The translations under genes were made by a program, and so were the position numbers. A model generated the notes under the pieces. That model had not been told where the DNA came from, searched no databases, and worked only from the letters and a program-made list of their open reading frames with translations. This document shows positions 29,361 to 38,752 of a stretch of 64,000 nucleotides of DNA, in pieces; position 1 is the first letter of the stretch, and each line of letters begins with the position of its first letter. The DNA is from an uncultured Fibrobacterota bacterium. Its GTDB lineage: Bacteria; Fibrobacterota; Chitinivibrionia; Chitinivibrionales; FEN-1185. The stretch spans positions 96,001-160,000 of the forward strand of contig CAVSQB010000028.1 in the NCBI GenBank assembly GCA_963729895.1, written 5' to 3'.

Positions 29361-32300
29361 ATGCCGCACTTTTTCCTGCAAAGAAACGAGAACACGCTGA
29401 GAGCCGGACCGCTGATCATTGTTGCCGTAACTGCCGCGTTCTGTGCAAACGTGGACACCACCATCATAGCCGACGGCGGCCCGGGCCCGTATTCCCTCGG
29501 CAGGTACTTTGTCGACACCTCGTCGATCCGCGTTTCTCTGTCGACTCCTCTTGTCAAGGACAGTTCCGGAAAGGCCCGGAGCGACACGCTTGAGGTCCCT
29601 CCTTACGTCTTTGTGGACGAGGCGAACGGGATCATGTTTGCGGGGCCCCTCGAAAAGGGCGCCCTGCTGCGCATCCGCTATGCGACGTTCAATTTCGGCA
29701 TGCCCCGAATGTATTCGCTTTTCGAAAAACGTTTCGCGGGCGCGCACGATACGCTGGTGCTGATCCGCGACTCGCTGTTCAAGACTCGGGCCAGCGAATT
29801 TGCCGAAGACAATGTGACGCTCAGCGGCTACAAGAGCATCAACATGTCCGTGGGCACGGCGGGCGGCATGAACCTGGAGCAGGCGCTCGACGTGAGCCTG
29901 TCCGGTGACGTAGCGCCGCACACCACGCTGTCGGGCCACCTCACCGATCAGGGAACAAACATCGAGGGAACCCGCGAGCTTTCCGATTTCGACAGGATCT
30001 ATGTCGAGCTTGACAATCCGAAGTATTCGCTCGTCGTGGGGGACCAGTACGTCTATTGGCCGGTGTCGGGCGGCATATTTACCGGCGACCAAAAGAAGCT
30101 GACGGGCATTTCCGCCGCCTACAGGGGCGGAGGAACAGGCGGCGCGCCCGGCCTGGCGGGAATCTCCTCGTCCCGATTCACCGTCAAGGCGTTCGGCGCG
30201 ATCTGCGGGGGCAAGTTTACCATCCAGACCCTCAAGGGAAGAGGCGGGCTCCAGGGGCCGTATTACCTGACCGGAGAAGGCGAGGAGGGCATGATTATGC
30301 CGATTCGCGGTACGGTTTCGCTTACCGTAAACGGGGAAAAACGGGCCGAAGGCGACGGGGCAGACTACACGGTCGGCTACGACATGGGGACAATAACCTT
30401 TACCCCAAAGACACTCATCCAGGACGACGACATCATCCGGGTGGAATACGAATACCGGCTGTTCGATTATCAACGCACGCTCGTGGGCGCCGACGTTTCC
30501 GGGGCGCTGCCCGATTCGTCGGTGAAGGTGGATGGCGGCATCTGGTATGAGGCCGACGACAAGAATCAGCCGCTCGACAATTCTATTTCCGCAAGCGACA
30601 TGGCGCTGATGGCGAACTCAGGCGATTCTGCGCCGCAGCACCCCAGCGGCCGCCTTGTTCTTCCTCAGGAAGTGGCGCAGGAAAGCCAGTTGATGCCCCT
30701 GTACACGCTGGTTTCCGGCCATTATGTTTTTACCGTGTACAACCCATTGCTCCCCACCCAGGACACGGGGTTTTACGAGGTGTGGTTTACGGAACGGGGA
30801 CCAGGGGGCGGAGCATACGCGGCCGACTCCGCCGCCAAAAACGCCAATCCGGGGCTCCCGGGCACTATTTACAAATACGTGGGACCGGGGATGGGCACGG
30901 CAACCGACTCCACCACGATTCCGCTTCCGCAGGGCACGGCGAACGGCGAGATCAAGGTCTCCCTTAAACCGCACAAATGGGTCTCGGCTATTGTTGACGT
31001 TGCGGGAACGGACGTGAACAAGAACCTGGCATCGTCGAACAACACCGATGTCACAAGTTCGGCTTCCAATGCGAGCCTGCTGCTGGGACGGAAATTGTTT
31101 GATCAACGCTCGCTCTGGCTTTCGGCCAGCCACCTGTACATTACGCCCAATTTTACGCGCGAGGTGGTGAGCACCTACGAAGGAAACCAAGCTTGGGACG
31201 ACACAAGCGACGACATGCGGTCTGGATTACGGCAGAGTTGGCTCACGAGCGCAGGCGGTACGGTTTTGCCGGGAACCTGGGCGGAAGTAACGTACGGGCA
31301 GCTTCGGCACGACAATGAGCTTCACACCGACCGGATCAGCGGCGCCGTGCAGACGACGGTGTTCAAGAACTATTCTCTCGAATATCAGGGCAGCCTGTTC
31401 CGCCATTTTCTCTGGGACGAGAACACAAGGCGCGATAATGTGGACGCCCGGCTAAAACTGTTTGGGACAGACTGGGATCTTTCGGCCAGCGATGAGTGGC
31501 GGATGTACCAGGACTCCGACAACCGCGGTAAGGCCGGGGCGGGAGCGACAATGATATGGACTCCCTGGATGTTTCGCGAGGCCGTGTTCTATCAGCTTCA
31601 AAGAAAGGGAACGGGAAGCGAATTCGCCGCCCAAGACACGGGAAGGTCTATCACGTGGGACCAATCGCTCTCCCGGGCACTTACCAAAGCCTGGAAAGTG
31701 GATATCGCGAGCCACTTCCTTGATTTTGACATTTTCAACGGCCAGAAAACGTCCACAGTCCTGGTCACGGCGCAAAGCGATGTATCGTTGCCGGCGAGCG
31801 GCTTCACCTCGCACCAGGAATACCGCGTGAACGTGGAACAGGCGTCCACCTACCAGACGGTAGGCGTGTATGCCCAGCCCGGACGCGGCGACGCGGTGTG
31901 GAGCGATTCACTCCATACCTATATTCCCAAAGCGAACGGCGACTACTTCTTGGAGCAGCGGGAAGTGTACGACAGTACCCAGGAGGGAAGGGTGCGCAAG
32001 ACTCACCTTCTGCTCAACTGGTCGTTCTCTCCTGAAAAGAAACACCTTGCGGGAATTCTGCGGGACCTGTCGTGGTTCGGCTCGCTCACTTGCGAAGAAA
32101 ACGTGTCGATGGCCGCAACCTTGCCCGCTGCATCATGGGTCCCGGGGTATATGTCGCTGTTTTCAAAGAAAGGGTTTGGCGATTCGATACCCCTGCAAGT
32201 CTCCAATGTTTTGTACCGACAGACCGTTGAATGGAACCCGGACAGCCTCAAGGGGTTTCACGGCAAGCTCTACGCCGAACCGTTTACCAAAAAACTTTCC

Positions 32301-32825
32301 GACTATTACGAACAAGGCATCGATTGGGGAGGCGGCCTGGACCGGACCAAAGATCCCTGGTTTGTGGGCGTAGAAGGCGCGATGCTGTGGGTGTGGAGGA
32401 CCGATCCGTACGGTGAAAACGGCTACGAGATCAGCGACAGGCACGGCCAGCTCACCGAGAAATTCAGTATTATCAAGCCAATCACCGTGTATTGCAAGGA
32501 GACCGGCGGGTGGGCGTTCGAGGACTCCTCGGCCGACGGCGGTTGGTACTACCGCATCGTTCCGGGCGCGCAATGGCAGATATTCAAGAAGGGTTCCGCT
32601 GAGGTTTCCTACACCTATTCGTTCGTCGGCATCCAGAACATCATCGACCCTCGCGTGGCCCAGGGATTTACAAGCGGTACAAGCCACACCATCGAGGCGT
32701 CCGCCCACCTCAACTTCGCGACGCATTTTTCCGTCGATCTGACCTATCACGGCGAAATCGGGAAGAACTACTACAACTCCACCGGGTTGCACGTGCTGTC
32801 GATGCAGATGAAGGTGTACTTATAA
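29361..32825 (+). CDS. Large hypothetical exported/outer-membrane protein (1154 aa)
   Basis: Long ORF with host codon usage, signal-peptide-like N-terminus, beta-strand-rich C-terminal half ending MKVYL. Confidence 0.75.
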   Translation: MPHFFLQRNENTLRAGPLIIVAVTAAFCANVDTTIIADGGPGPYSLGRYFVDTSSIRVSLSTPLVKDSSGKARSDTLEVPPYVFVDEANGIMFAGPLEKGALLRIRYATFNFGMPRMYSLFEKRFAGAHDTLVLIRDSLFKTRASEFAEDNVTLSGYKSINMSVGTAGGMNLEQALDVSLSGDVAPHTTLSGHLTDQGTNIEGTRELSDFDRIYVELDNPKYSLVVGDQYVYWPVSGGIFTGDQKKLTGISAAYRGGGTGGAPGLAGISSSRFTVKAFGAICGGKFTIQTLKGRGGLQGPYYLTGEGEEGMIMPIRGTVSLTVNGEKRAEGDGADYTVGYDMGTITFTPKTLIQDDDIIRVEYEYRLFDYQRTLVGADVSGALPDSSVKVDGGIWYEADDKNQPLDNSISASDMALMANSGDSAPQHPSGRLVLPQEVAQESQLMPLYTLVSGHYVFTVYNPLLPTQDTGFYEVWFTERGPGGGAYAADSAAKNANPGLPGTIYKYVGPGMGTATDSTTIPLPQGTANGEIKVSLKPHKWVSAIVDVAGTDVNKNLASSNNTDVTSSASNASLLLGRKLFDQRSLWLSASHLYITPNFTREVVSTYEGNQAWDDTSDDMRSGLRQSWLTSAGGTVLPGTWAEVTYGQLRHDNELHTDRISGAVQTTVFKNYSLEYQGSLFRHFLWDENTRRDNVDARLKLFGTDWDLSASDEWRMYQDSDNRGKAGAGATMIWTPWMFREAVFYQLQRKGTGSEFAAQDTGRSITWDQSLSRALTKAWKVDIASHFLDFDIFNGQKTSTVLVTAQSDVSLPASGFTSHQEYRVNVEQASTYQTVGVYAQPGRGDAVWSDSLHTYIPKANGDYFLEQREVYDSTQEGRVRKTHLLLNWSFSPEKKHLAGILRDLSWFGSLTCEENVSMAATLPAASWVPGYMSLFSKKGFGDSIPLQVSNVLYRQTVEWNPDSLKGFHGKLYAEPFTKKLSDYYEQGIDWGGGLDRTKDPWFVGVEGAMLWVWRTDPYGENGYEISDRHGQLTEKFSIIKPITVYCKETGGWAFEDSSADGGWYYRIVPGAQWQIFKKGSAEVSYTYSFVGIQNIIDPRVAQGFTSGTSHTIEASAHLNFATHFSVDLTYHGEIGKNYYNSTGLHVLSMQMKVYL

Positions 32826-32858
32826 ACTTCCTTTCGATGTTCATTCGTTTATCAAGAC

Positions 32859-33060
32859 TTGGGCGCCCCGTCCCCACCGGGACGGCGGCCCTCCTTTCAG
32901 GCTCGGCCGGGTGCCGCTACGGTGCGCGCAGCAGAGGGTTCGGGCTTGCCTCGGGCACATCCACGCCGCACCGGCTCGGCAAACCAGAATCGTATTTAGT
33001 TGACTTAGTTATCGCTGCACACGCTCAGCAAACCAAAATCTTATTTACATATCGTCGCAA
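32859..33060 (+). repeat. Modular intergenic repeat, copy C (5' part of module X + Z + 2-3 W units)
   Basis: GGGCG[hairpin]CGGCCCTCCTTTCAGGCTCGGC, CCGGGTGCCGCTACGGTGCGCGCA, CGCACCGGCTCGGCAAACCAGAATCGTA. Confidence 0.88.
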
Positions 33061-33171
33061 CGACCCAACATCCCCTGTGCATTATTAATTTTACTGAAAT
33101 ACTTGGGAATTGCAAAAATTCCTGCAAGAGATATATTTTATATCGCTTTTACATTCGCATGCAAGCACGTT

Positions 33172-33243
33172 GGGCTAGTAACTCAGCGGTAGAGTATCGC
33201 CCTTTTAAGGCGAGAGTCGTGGGTTCAAATCCCGCCTAGCTCA
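33172..33243 (+). tRNA. tRNA-Lys (anticodon TTT), CCA not encoded
   Basis: Acceptor GGGCTAG/CTAGCTC, D arm ACTC/GAGT, anticodon arm TCGCC-CTTTTAA-GGCGA, T arm GTGGG-TTCAAAT-CCCGC. Confidence 0.96.
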
Positions 33244-33249
33244 TTTATC

Positions 33250-33297
33250 AAGAAAGCCTGTTCTTCCTGGTGTTTCAGGGGAAACAGGCTTTTCTTA
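33250..33297 (+). terminator. Intrinsic terminator-like hairpin after tRNA-Lys
   Basis: AAGAAAGCCTGTT...CCTG/CAGG...AACAGGCTTTTCTT. Confidence 0.7.
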
Positions 33298-33325
33298 TGT
33301 AGGCTCGGCCGAATCCGAGCCTACA
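33298..33325. repeat. GTAG-type REP-like palindrome
   Basis: TGTAGGCTCGG-ccgaat-CCGAGCCTACA. Confidence 0.65.
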
Positions 33326-33332
33326 ATAGGTA

Positions 33333-33361
33333 TTGACTTTCACCCTAAAAAAGGGTATATT
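33333..33361 (+). promoter_or_regulatory. Sigma70 promoter of the TA operon with a palindromic operator in the spacer
   Basis: TTGACT-17 bp-TATATT; ACCCT-AAAAA-AGGGT inverted repeat at 33342-33356. Confidence 0.75.
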
Positions 33362-33366
33362 GAGAC

Positions 33367-33636
33367 ATAGTTTATTCCGTTACTCTCAAAAAGGCGGTAA
33401 AGAAGAATCTCTGGAAATTACCCTTGAACGTGAGGCAACGGTTTGAAGCGTTGACGGTGGCGCTTCGTGATGGAGGTCCGACAGGACCGCATGGCTGGTC
33501 GCATTATTCCAGGCTTGGAGAAAACGAATACCATTGTCATTTGACGTATCATTGTGTCGCCTGCTGGCGGCACCAAAAGGAAACCATACTCATTGAGGTG
33601 TACTATGTCGGTAGCCGTGAAGACGCGCCCCATTAG
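33367..33636 (+). CDS. RelE/HigB-like toxin; natural start codon reads ATA (fallback TTG at 33424)
   Basis: The frame is open from 33364: (I)VYSVTLKKAVKKNLWKLPLNVRQRFEAL...YHCHL...VACW...IEVYYVGSREDAPH; toxin-first arrangement ahead of an XRE antitoxin. Confidence 0.75.
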   Translation: MVYSVTLKKAVKKNLWKLPLNVRQRFEALTVALRDGGPTGPHGWSHYSRLGENEYHCHLTYHCVACWRHQKETILIEVYYVGSREDAPH

Positions 33637-33961
33637 CATACGTTTAAGACCCAGGACTCCCGCACGGGTTATCCGGGCGGTAAAAAAGCAGTTTTCCGAT
33701 TATGTCATCGATTCAAGCGATGAATACGAGGACTGGTTTGAAACGGATCTGCACAGGGAAATTGCGGCACGCATGAAGCCCGGCGACTATCTTCGGAATT
33801 TCCGGGAAGCGACTGGCATGACGCAAAAAGACCTTGCGGAAAGAATCGGCGTCCGTGTCAACTACCTTTCGGACATGGAGGCCGGGCGACGGACGATAAG
33901 CAGAATGAAGGCCAAAAAGATAGCCGCGACTTTCAACGTTTCTCCGGGTGTTTTTATTTGA
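33605..33961 (+). CDS. HigA-like XRE-family HTH antitoxin
   Basis: LRNFREATGMTQKDLAERIGV..NYLSDMEAGRRTIS; GAGGTG RBS; overlaps the toxin 3' end. Confidence 0.88.
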   Translation: MSVAVKTRPISIRLRPRTPARVIRAVKKQFSDYVIDSSDEYEDWFETDLHREIAARMKPGDYLRNFREATGMTQKDLAERIGVRVNYLSDMEAGRRTISRMKAKKIAATFNVSPGVFI

Positions 33962-33987
33962 CCTGCTGTTCTCATGGGGGTGCTGCC

Positions 33988-34251
33988 ATGAAAAAGCCGA
34001 AAATTCCCCCGCTCCTGCGGGCAAAACCGCTCCACGACCTTGCGTGCTCGAAATGTGGGCAGATAAACGTGCCGGGTTCAACGTCTGAGGCCACCGCGGC
34101 CTTCTGTCCCTTTTGTCAGCAGAACACGCAGCATTACTCCGTTGCAACACAACAGGCCGAGGCCACGACACCCTTTGGTTTGCCCAAGCGACGGAAAAGA
34201 AAAAGCCTTTACTCGCCGGAGGGGAAAAAGAAGATGGGGTTCGGGAAGTAG
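33988..34251 (+). CDS. Small basic zinc-ribbon protein
   Basis: GGGGGTG RBS; CSKC...CPFC; Lys/Arg-rich tail. Confidence 0.55.
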   Translation: MKKPKIPPLLRAKPLHDLACSKCGQINVPGSTSEATAAFCPFCQQNTQHYSVATQQAEATTPFGLPKRRKRKSLYSPEGKKKMGFGK

Positions 34252-34349
34252 TGGCCCGCCAACACCAAACCAAGAATCAAAACGAATCTCCAGCCAGTTC
34301 ATCATGATCCGCTCACAAGAGTTCTAATGATGTAATTTGACATAATCCC

Positions 34350-37300
34350 ATGCCAATAGAACCCCTTTCAAAACAATGGTCTCGGGGAACTTTTCCCGGA
34401 ATAAGCGAATGGCTGGGCCGGCGGCCGGAGTCGTCGCTCTTCACAGGATGCGCAGGTTCGAGCGACGCGTTCCTGGTCGCCGGCCTTTTCTCCGCATCCG
34501 GCAAATCCGTGATTGCGTGCGTGGAGAACAGCAAGCGGGCCGAAGTGCTCAGCGCAGAGTGCGCCTCGCTTCTGGGCGACGATTCGGTTTCTCTCTTTCC
34601 CTCGCGTGACGCAGTACCCTACAACATGAAATCGCCCTTCGGCCCCGTGGTTGAGAGCAGGTTTACCGTTTTGTCACAGCTCCTCAACGGGAAGAAGGCG
34701 GTGTATGTCGCCCCTCATCCGGCGCTTGTCCAGAAAGTGCCGCCGCCCAAGGACCTGTTCAACCGGATCATCAGGCTCAACAACGGGGAAGAGATTCCCA
34801 TTGCAACGCTTTCGTCGTGGCTTGCCGACAACGGGTTCAGGCGCGAGACCATGGTTGCGGATGTGGGAACTTTCTGCATACGGGGCGGCATCGTCGACAT
34901 CTATCCCTTTATGACCGACGGCCCGGTGCGCATCGAATTCTTCGGCAACGTCATCGAATCCATCCGCGAATTCGATGTGTTTACACAAAAGACTTCCGGA
35001 ACACGCGAGCAGGTGGAAATATTCCCTATGAAGGAATACTGCCTCTCAAACGACCAGATCGAGCGCGCGCTGGCCGCTATGGCGGAACAGTTTTCCGGAC
35101 AACGCGACATGGAAAGCGGCTTTGCCAAGCTGTCGCACCAGTGGAAAACGCTTCTGGACCATGACGGCATCGAGTGGTTTGCACACTGGTTCGGGCTCCC
35201 CGAGGCGTCGCTGTTCGATTACCTGCCCGCCGACGCGATTGTCGTATGGGACGACCTGCTTCCGCCGCTGCGCCGCATTGACGAATGCATGCAGAATTAC
35301 GAGCGCCATCTGGAACGCGTGCCCGAGGCTTTTTCCGCTTTTGTCTCTCCCCCCCGCGAGCTGCTCATGCCCGGGCAGGACATTGCGGACGGCATCTCGT
35401 TGTTTACGCGCGTGTACGTGGGCACCGTTGAAGGCGCGGACGCGACGTGGACCGCCGCCTGCTCGATGGCCGAGCAGCCCGCGTTTCCACAGACCATGGA
35501 ACCGCTTGTGGCCGACCTTGCCGCCCACGACGCGGTCGGCGACGAAACCATCCTGGTGTGCGGCAATGCGGGCCATGCCGAGCGCCTGTGGGAACTTATC
35601 GGCGAAGGATGTCCTTTTGTCAAGATGTGCACCGGGTTTCTGCACCGCGGCTTCTTTGACAAAATCAACAAACGGCTGTATTATACCGACATCCAGCTGT
35701 TCAACCGCCAGCCCTCCCGGCAGATAGTCCACAAACGGGCGCGGGCGGGCCAGGCGCTCCCTTCCTACGACGCGCTGTCGCCCGGCGACTTTGTCGTTCA
35801 TGTCGACCACGGCATCGGCAGGTTTCTGGGGATCGAGCGCGTTGTGGCGGCCGGCGCGGGCCGCGACTGCATGCTCATCGCCTACCAGAACAACGCCCGG
35901 CTCAGCGTGCCCGTGGAAGATTTCCACAAAGTGCAGAAATACATCGGCAAGGAATCGGTCGTGCCGGCGCTGTCGAAGCTCGGCAGCGAGGCGTGGGAGC
36001 GGCTCAAGGCGCGCACCAAGGAATCGCTCAGGGAGATGGCCCAGGAGCTTATCGAATTGTACGCGAAGCGACAGTATTTTGAGGGCCTAGAGTTTGCAAA
36101 AGACACGATGTGGCAGAAGGAATTCGAGGATTCCTTTATCTATGAGGAAACGCCCGACCAGGCGCGCGCCATCGCCGAAGTAAAGAAGGACATGGAATCC
36201 AAAAGGCCCATGGACCGGCTTGTGTGCGGCGACGTGGGCTTCGGGAAAACGGAGGTGGCGATGCGCGCCGCGTTCAAGGCCGTCATGGGCGGATACCAGG
36301 TGGCGATCCTTGCGCCCACCACCATCCTCACCGCGCAGCATTACGCCACGCTCACGGAGCGCATGGCGAATTTCCCCGTGAAAATCGCCATGTTGTCGCG
36401 GTTTCTGTCGCCCCGCGAGCAGAAAGGCGTTCTCGCCCGTGTCAAGGACGGAGCCGTGGACATTCTCGTGGGCACGCACCGGCTGCTGTCGCGGGACATC
36501 GCGTTTAAGAACCTGGGGCTGCTTGTGGTCGACGAGGAACAGCGGTTCGGGGTGCGCCACAAGGAACGGCTCAAGCAGTACCGGTACAAAGTGGACGTTC
36601 TTTCGATGACTGCAACGCCCATCCCGCGCACACTGCACTTGTCGCTCATCGGCGCGCGCGACTTGTCCATTATCAACACGCCGCCGCGCAACCGCCTGCC
36701 CATCGAGACGCACGTCATGGAAGCGCATGACGAGATCTTCAAGACCGCAATCGAAAACGAGCTCGACCGCGGCGGCCAGACCTACGTGGTGCACAACCGG
36801 ATCCAGACCCTCGGCGCCCTGCGCGACACCATCGAAGCCATGATCCCCCGCGCGCGTGTGGTGTGCGCGCACGGCCAGATGCACGAATCGGAGCTTGAGC
36901 GCATCATGAAGGAATTCATCGCGGGCCGGTTCGACGTGCTCGTGTCGACCGTCATCATCGAAAACGGGCTTGATATCCCCAATGTCAATACCATCATCGT
37001 GAACCGCGCCGACGCCATGGGGTTGTCGCAGTTGTACCAGTTGCGCGGCAGGGTGGGGCGTTCGTCGGAGCAGGCATACGCCTACTTCCTCGCCCCGTCG
37101 TTCCGGGAAGCAAGCGAGCTGTCGCTTAAGCGGCTGCGCGTGCTCGAGCAGTACACCGACCTCGGGTCCGGCTTCCAAATTGCGATGCGCGACCTTGAGA
37201 TCCGCGGGGCCGGCAATATCCTGGGCGTGCACCAACACGGGTTCATCGCGGCGGTCGGGTTTGAGCTGTATTGCCGGCTGCTCGAGGAAACGGTGAAAGA

Positions 37301-37778
37301 ATTGCGCGGCGAGAAGAAGCCGCTTGTCCAGGAAAAAGACGTCACCCTCGACATTCCGCTCGATGCATTCATTCCCACGGATTACATCGAAGACGGCACG
37401 GCCAGGATTTCCGTGTACCAGGAATTGTCCGGGGCGACGTCACCGGCGGACGTGAATGCCATGGAGCGCGAGCTGGCCGACCGGTTCGGCCCCATGCCGA
37501 AAAGCGTTCTGTCCCTGCTGCTGCTCATACGGATCAAGGTGCTGGCCCGCGGCCTCGGATGCTCAAAAGTGAGCGTTACGCCCGACGGGCGATGCGCATT
37601 GTCGGTAGAAGGCGAGGACGCCGCGGTGCGGGAACGGATAGGACGCATCGTCTCAAAAACGAAGCGGCAATTCGATATTGTCAATGAAAAACCGCTGGTG
37701 CTCCGGACGCACCTGCAGGCGAAATCCATGGAGGACATGGCGCTCGAAACGCGAGATTTGCTTGCGTCGCTGGCTTGA
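34350..37778 (+). CDS. mfd: Transcription-repair coupling factor
   Basis: RGGIVDIYP, VVHVDHGIGRF, CGDVGFGKTEVA, DEEQRFGV, YQLRGRVGRS, RDLEIRGAGN, TRCF C-terminus. Confidence 0.98.
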   Translation: MPIEPLSKQWSRGTFPGISEWLGRRPESSLFTGCAGSSDAFLVAGLFSASGKSVIACVENSKRAEVLSAECASLLGDDSVSLFPSRDAVPYNMKSPFGPVVESRFTVLSQLLNGKKAVYVAPHPALVQKVPPPKDLFNRIIRLNNGEEIPIATLSSWLADNGFRRETMVADVGTFCIRGGIVDIYPFMTDGPVRIEFFGNVIESIREFDVFTQKTSGTREQVEIFPMKEYCLSNDQIERALAAMAEQFSGQRDMESGFAKLSHQWKTLLDHDGIEWFAHWFGLPEASLFDYLPADAIVVWDDLLPPLRRIDECMQNYERHLERVPEAFSAFVSPPRELLMPGQDIADGISLFTRVYVGTVEGADATWTAACSMAEQPAFPQTMEPLVADLAAHDAVGDETILVCGNAGHAERLWELIGEGCPFVKMCTGFLHRGFFDKINKRLYYTDIQLFNRQPSRQIVHKRARAGQALPSYDALSPGDFVVHVDHGIGRFLGIERVVAAGAGRDCMLIAYQNNARLSVPVEDFHKVQKYIGKESVVPALSKLGSEAWERLKARTKESLREMAQELIELYAKRQYFEGLEFAKDTMWQKEFEDSFIYEETPDQARAIAEVKKDMESKRPMDRLVCGDVGFGKTEVAMRAAFKAVMGGYQVAILAPTTILTAQHYATLTERMANFPVKIAMLSRFLSPREQKGVLARVKDGAVDILVGTHRLLSRDIAFKNLGLLVVDEEQRFGVRHKERLKQYRYKVDVLSMTATPIPRTLHLSLIGARDLSIINTPPRNRLPIETHVMEAHDEIFKTAIENELDRGGQTYVVHNRIQTLGALRDTIEAMIPRARVVCAHGQMHESELERIMKEFIAGRFDVLVSTVIIENGLDIPNVNTIIVNRADAMGLSQLYQLRGRVGRSSEQAYAYFLAPSFREASELSLKRLRVLEQYTDLGSGFQIAMRDLEIRGAGNILGVHQHGFIAAVGFELYCRLLEETVKELRGEKKPLVQEKDVTLDIPLDAFIPTDYIEDGTARISVYQELSGATSPADVNAMERELADRFGPMPKSVLSLLLLIRIKVLARGLGCSKVSVTPDGRCALSVEGEDAAVRERIGRIVSKTKRQFDIVNEKPLVLRTHLQAKSMEDMALETRDLLASLA

Positions 37779-37824
37779 AGCGCGTGGCTTTCCTGCGCTC
37801 CATCATGTATTTTTTTTAACGTTT

Positions 37825-38748
37825 ATGAAACCAATGAGATACGTGTTTGTTGCGGGGCTCCTTGCGGCGTGCTTCGCAGCTGCGCTTGTAAACTGCATAA
37901 ACCGGCCCAAGGGGCCCGTGGTGGCGCGCGTCGGTTCGGACGTCCTCACGCTCGACGAACTGTACAAGAGTATTCCGCCCGAATACAGTGACTTCGTTAC
38001 GCGGGAACAGATAGTCAATTATGTCAAGCAATGGATCGACAACAAGATCCTGTACAACGAGGCCATCCGGCTCAAGATCGACAAAGACGAAATCATCCGC
38101 GGCCGCCTCAGGCGCATGAAGGAAGACCTGCTGTGCGCGGAGATGATAAGCCGCAACGCAGTGCCGCTGCAGGAAATACGGGTGCCCGAAGACGTGATCG
38201 AAAACTATTACAACGACAACAAAACCAAGTTCGTGCGTGAAAGGAATGTTGCGAAATACCTCCAGATTGTGTGCGACGACTACAACACGGCGCTCAAGGT
38301 CCGCTCGCTTGTCACGCCCGACAATTTTCTGAATCTTGCCTCGCAGTATTCCAAGGCGCCGGCGCCCGATCCCAAGAATGCAGCCTATGTCAAACTCGAC
38401 GAGATCCCGGCAGAGGTCGCACAGGAAATCTCCTCCACAAAAATCAACGGGACCTCCAACGTCATCAAGACCGGCTCGGGATATTGTATCGTGCGCGTGC
38501 TCGACAGGCAGCCCAAGGGCACCCTGTGCCAGTTGTCGGAGGTGAAAGACGACATCACCAACATTCTCGCGGCTAAAATGCAGAACGCCACAATCGAGCG
38601 CCTCATTTCGTCGCTGCGGTCCAAGATGATCGTTGAAGCGCACCTGGAGATCGTGACCGATCAGCACAAGTCTCCGGGAAGCGGGGGCTCGGCGGAAAAG
38701 GTCCCGGCGGCACCGGCGGATTCTTCCCCTAAAGAAAGTCAGGAGTAG
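37825..38748 (+). CDS. Parvulin-like (PpiC-type) PPIase/chaperone, probable lipoprotein
   Basis: Signal ending ..LVNC, PVVARVG, YVKQWI, NYYNDNKTKF, SNVIKTGSGYCIV; upstream of surA. Confidence 0.8.
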   Translation: MKPMRYVFVAGLLAACFAAALVNCINRPKGPVVARVGSDVLTLDELYKSIPPEYSDFVTREQIVNYVKQWIDNKILYNEAIRLKIDKDEIIRGRLRRMKEDLLCAEMISRNAVPLQEIRVPEDVIENYYNDNKTKFVRERNVAKYLQIVCDDYNTALKVRSLVTPDNFLNLASQYSKAPAPDPKNAAYVKLDEIPAEVAQEISSTKINGTSNVIKTGSGYCIVRVLDRQPKGTLCQLSEVKDDITNILAAKMQNATIERLISSLRSKMIVEAHLEIVTDQHKSPGSGGSAEKVPAAPADSSPKESQE

Positions 38749-38752
38749 CAGC

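Noticed and set aside
33172..34349. Prophage or integrative element at tRNA-Lys
   Set aside because: No integrase, and no duplicated tRNA 3' end (attR) found in the window
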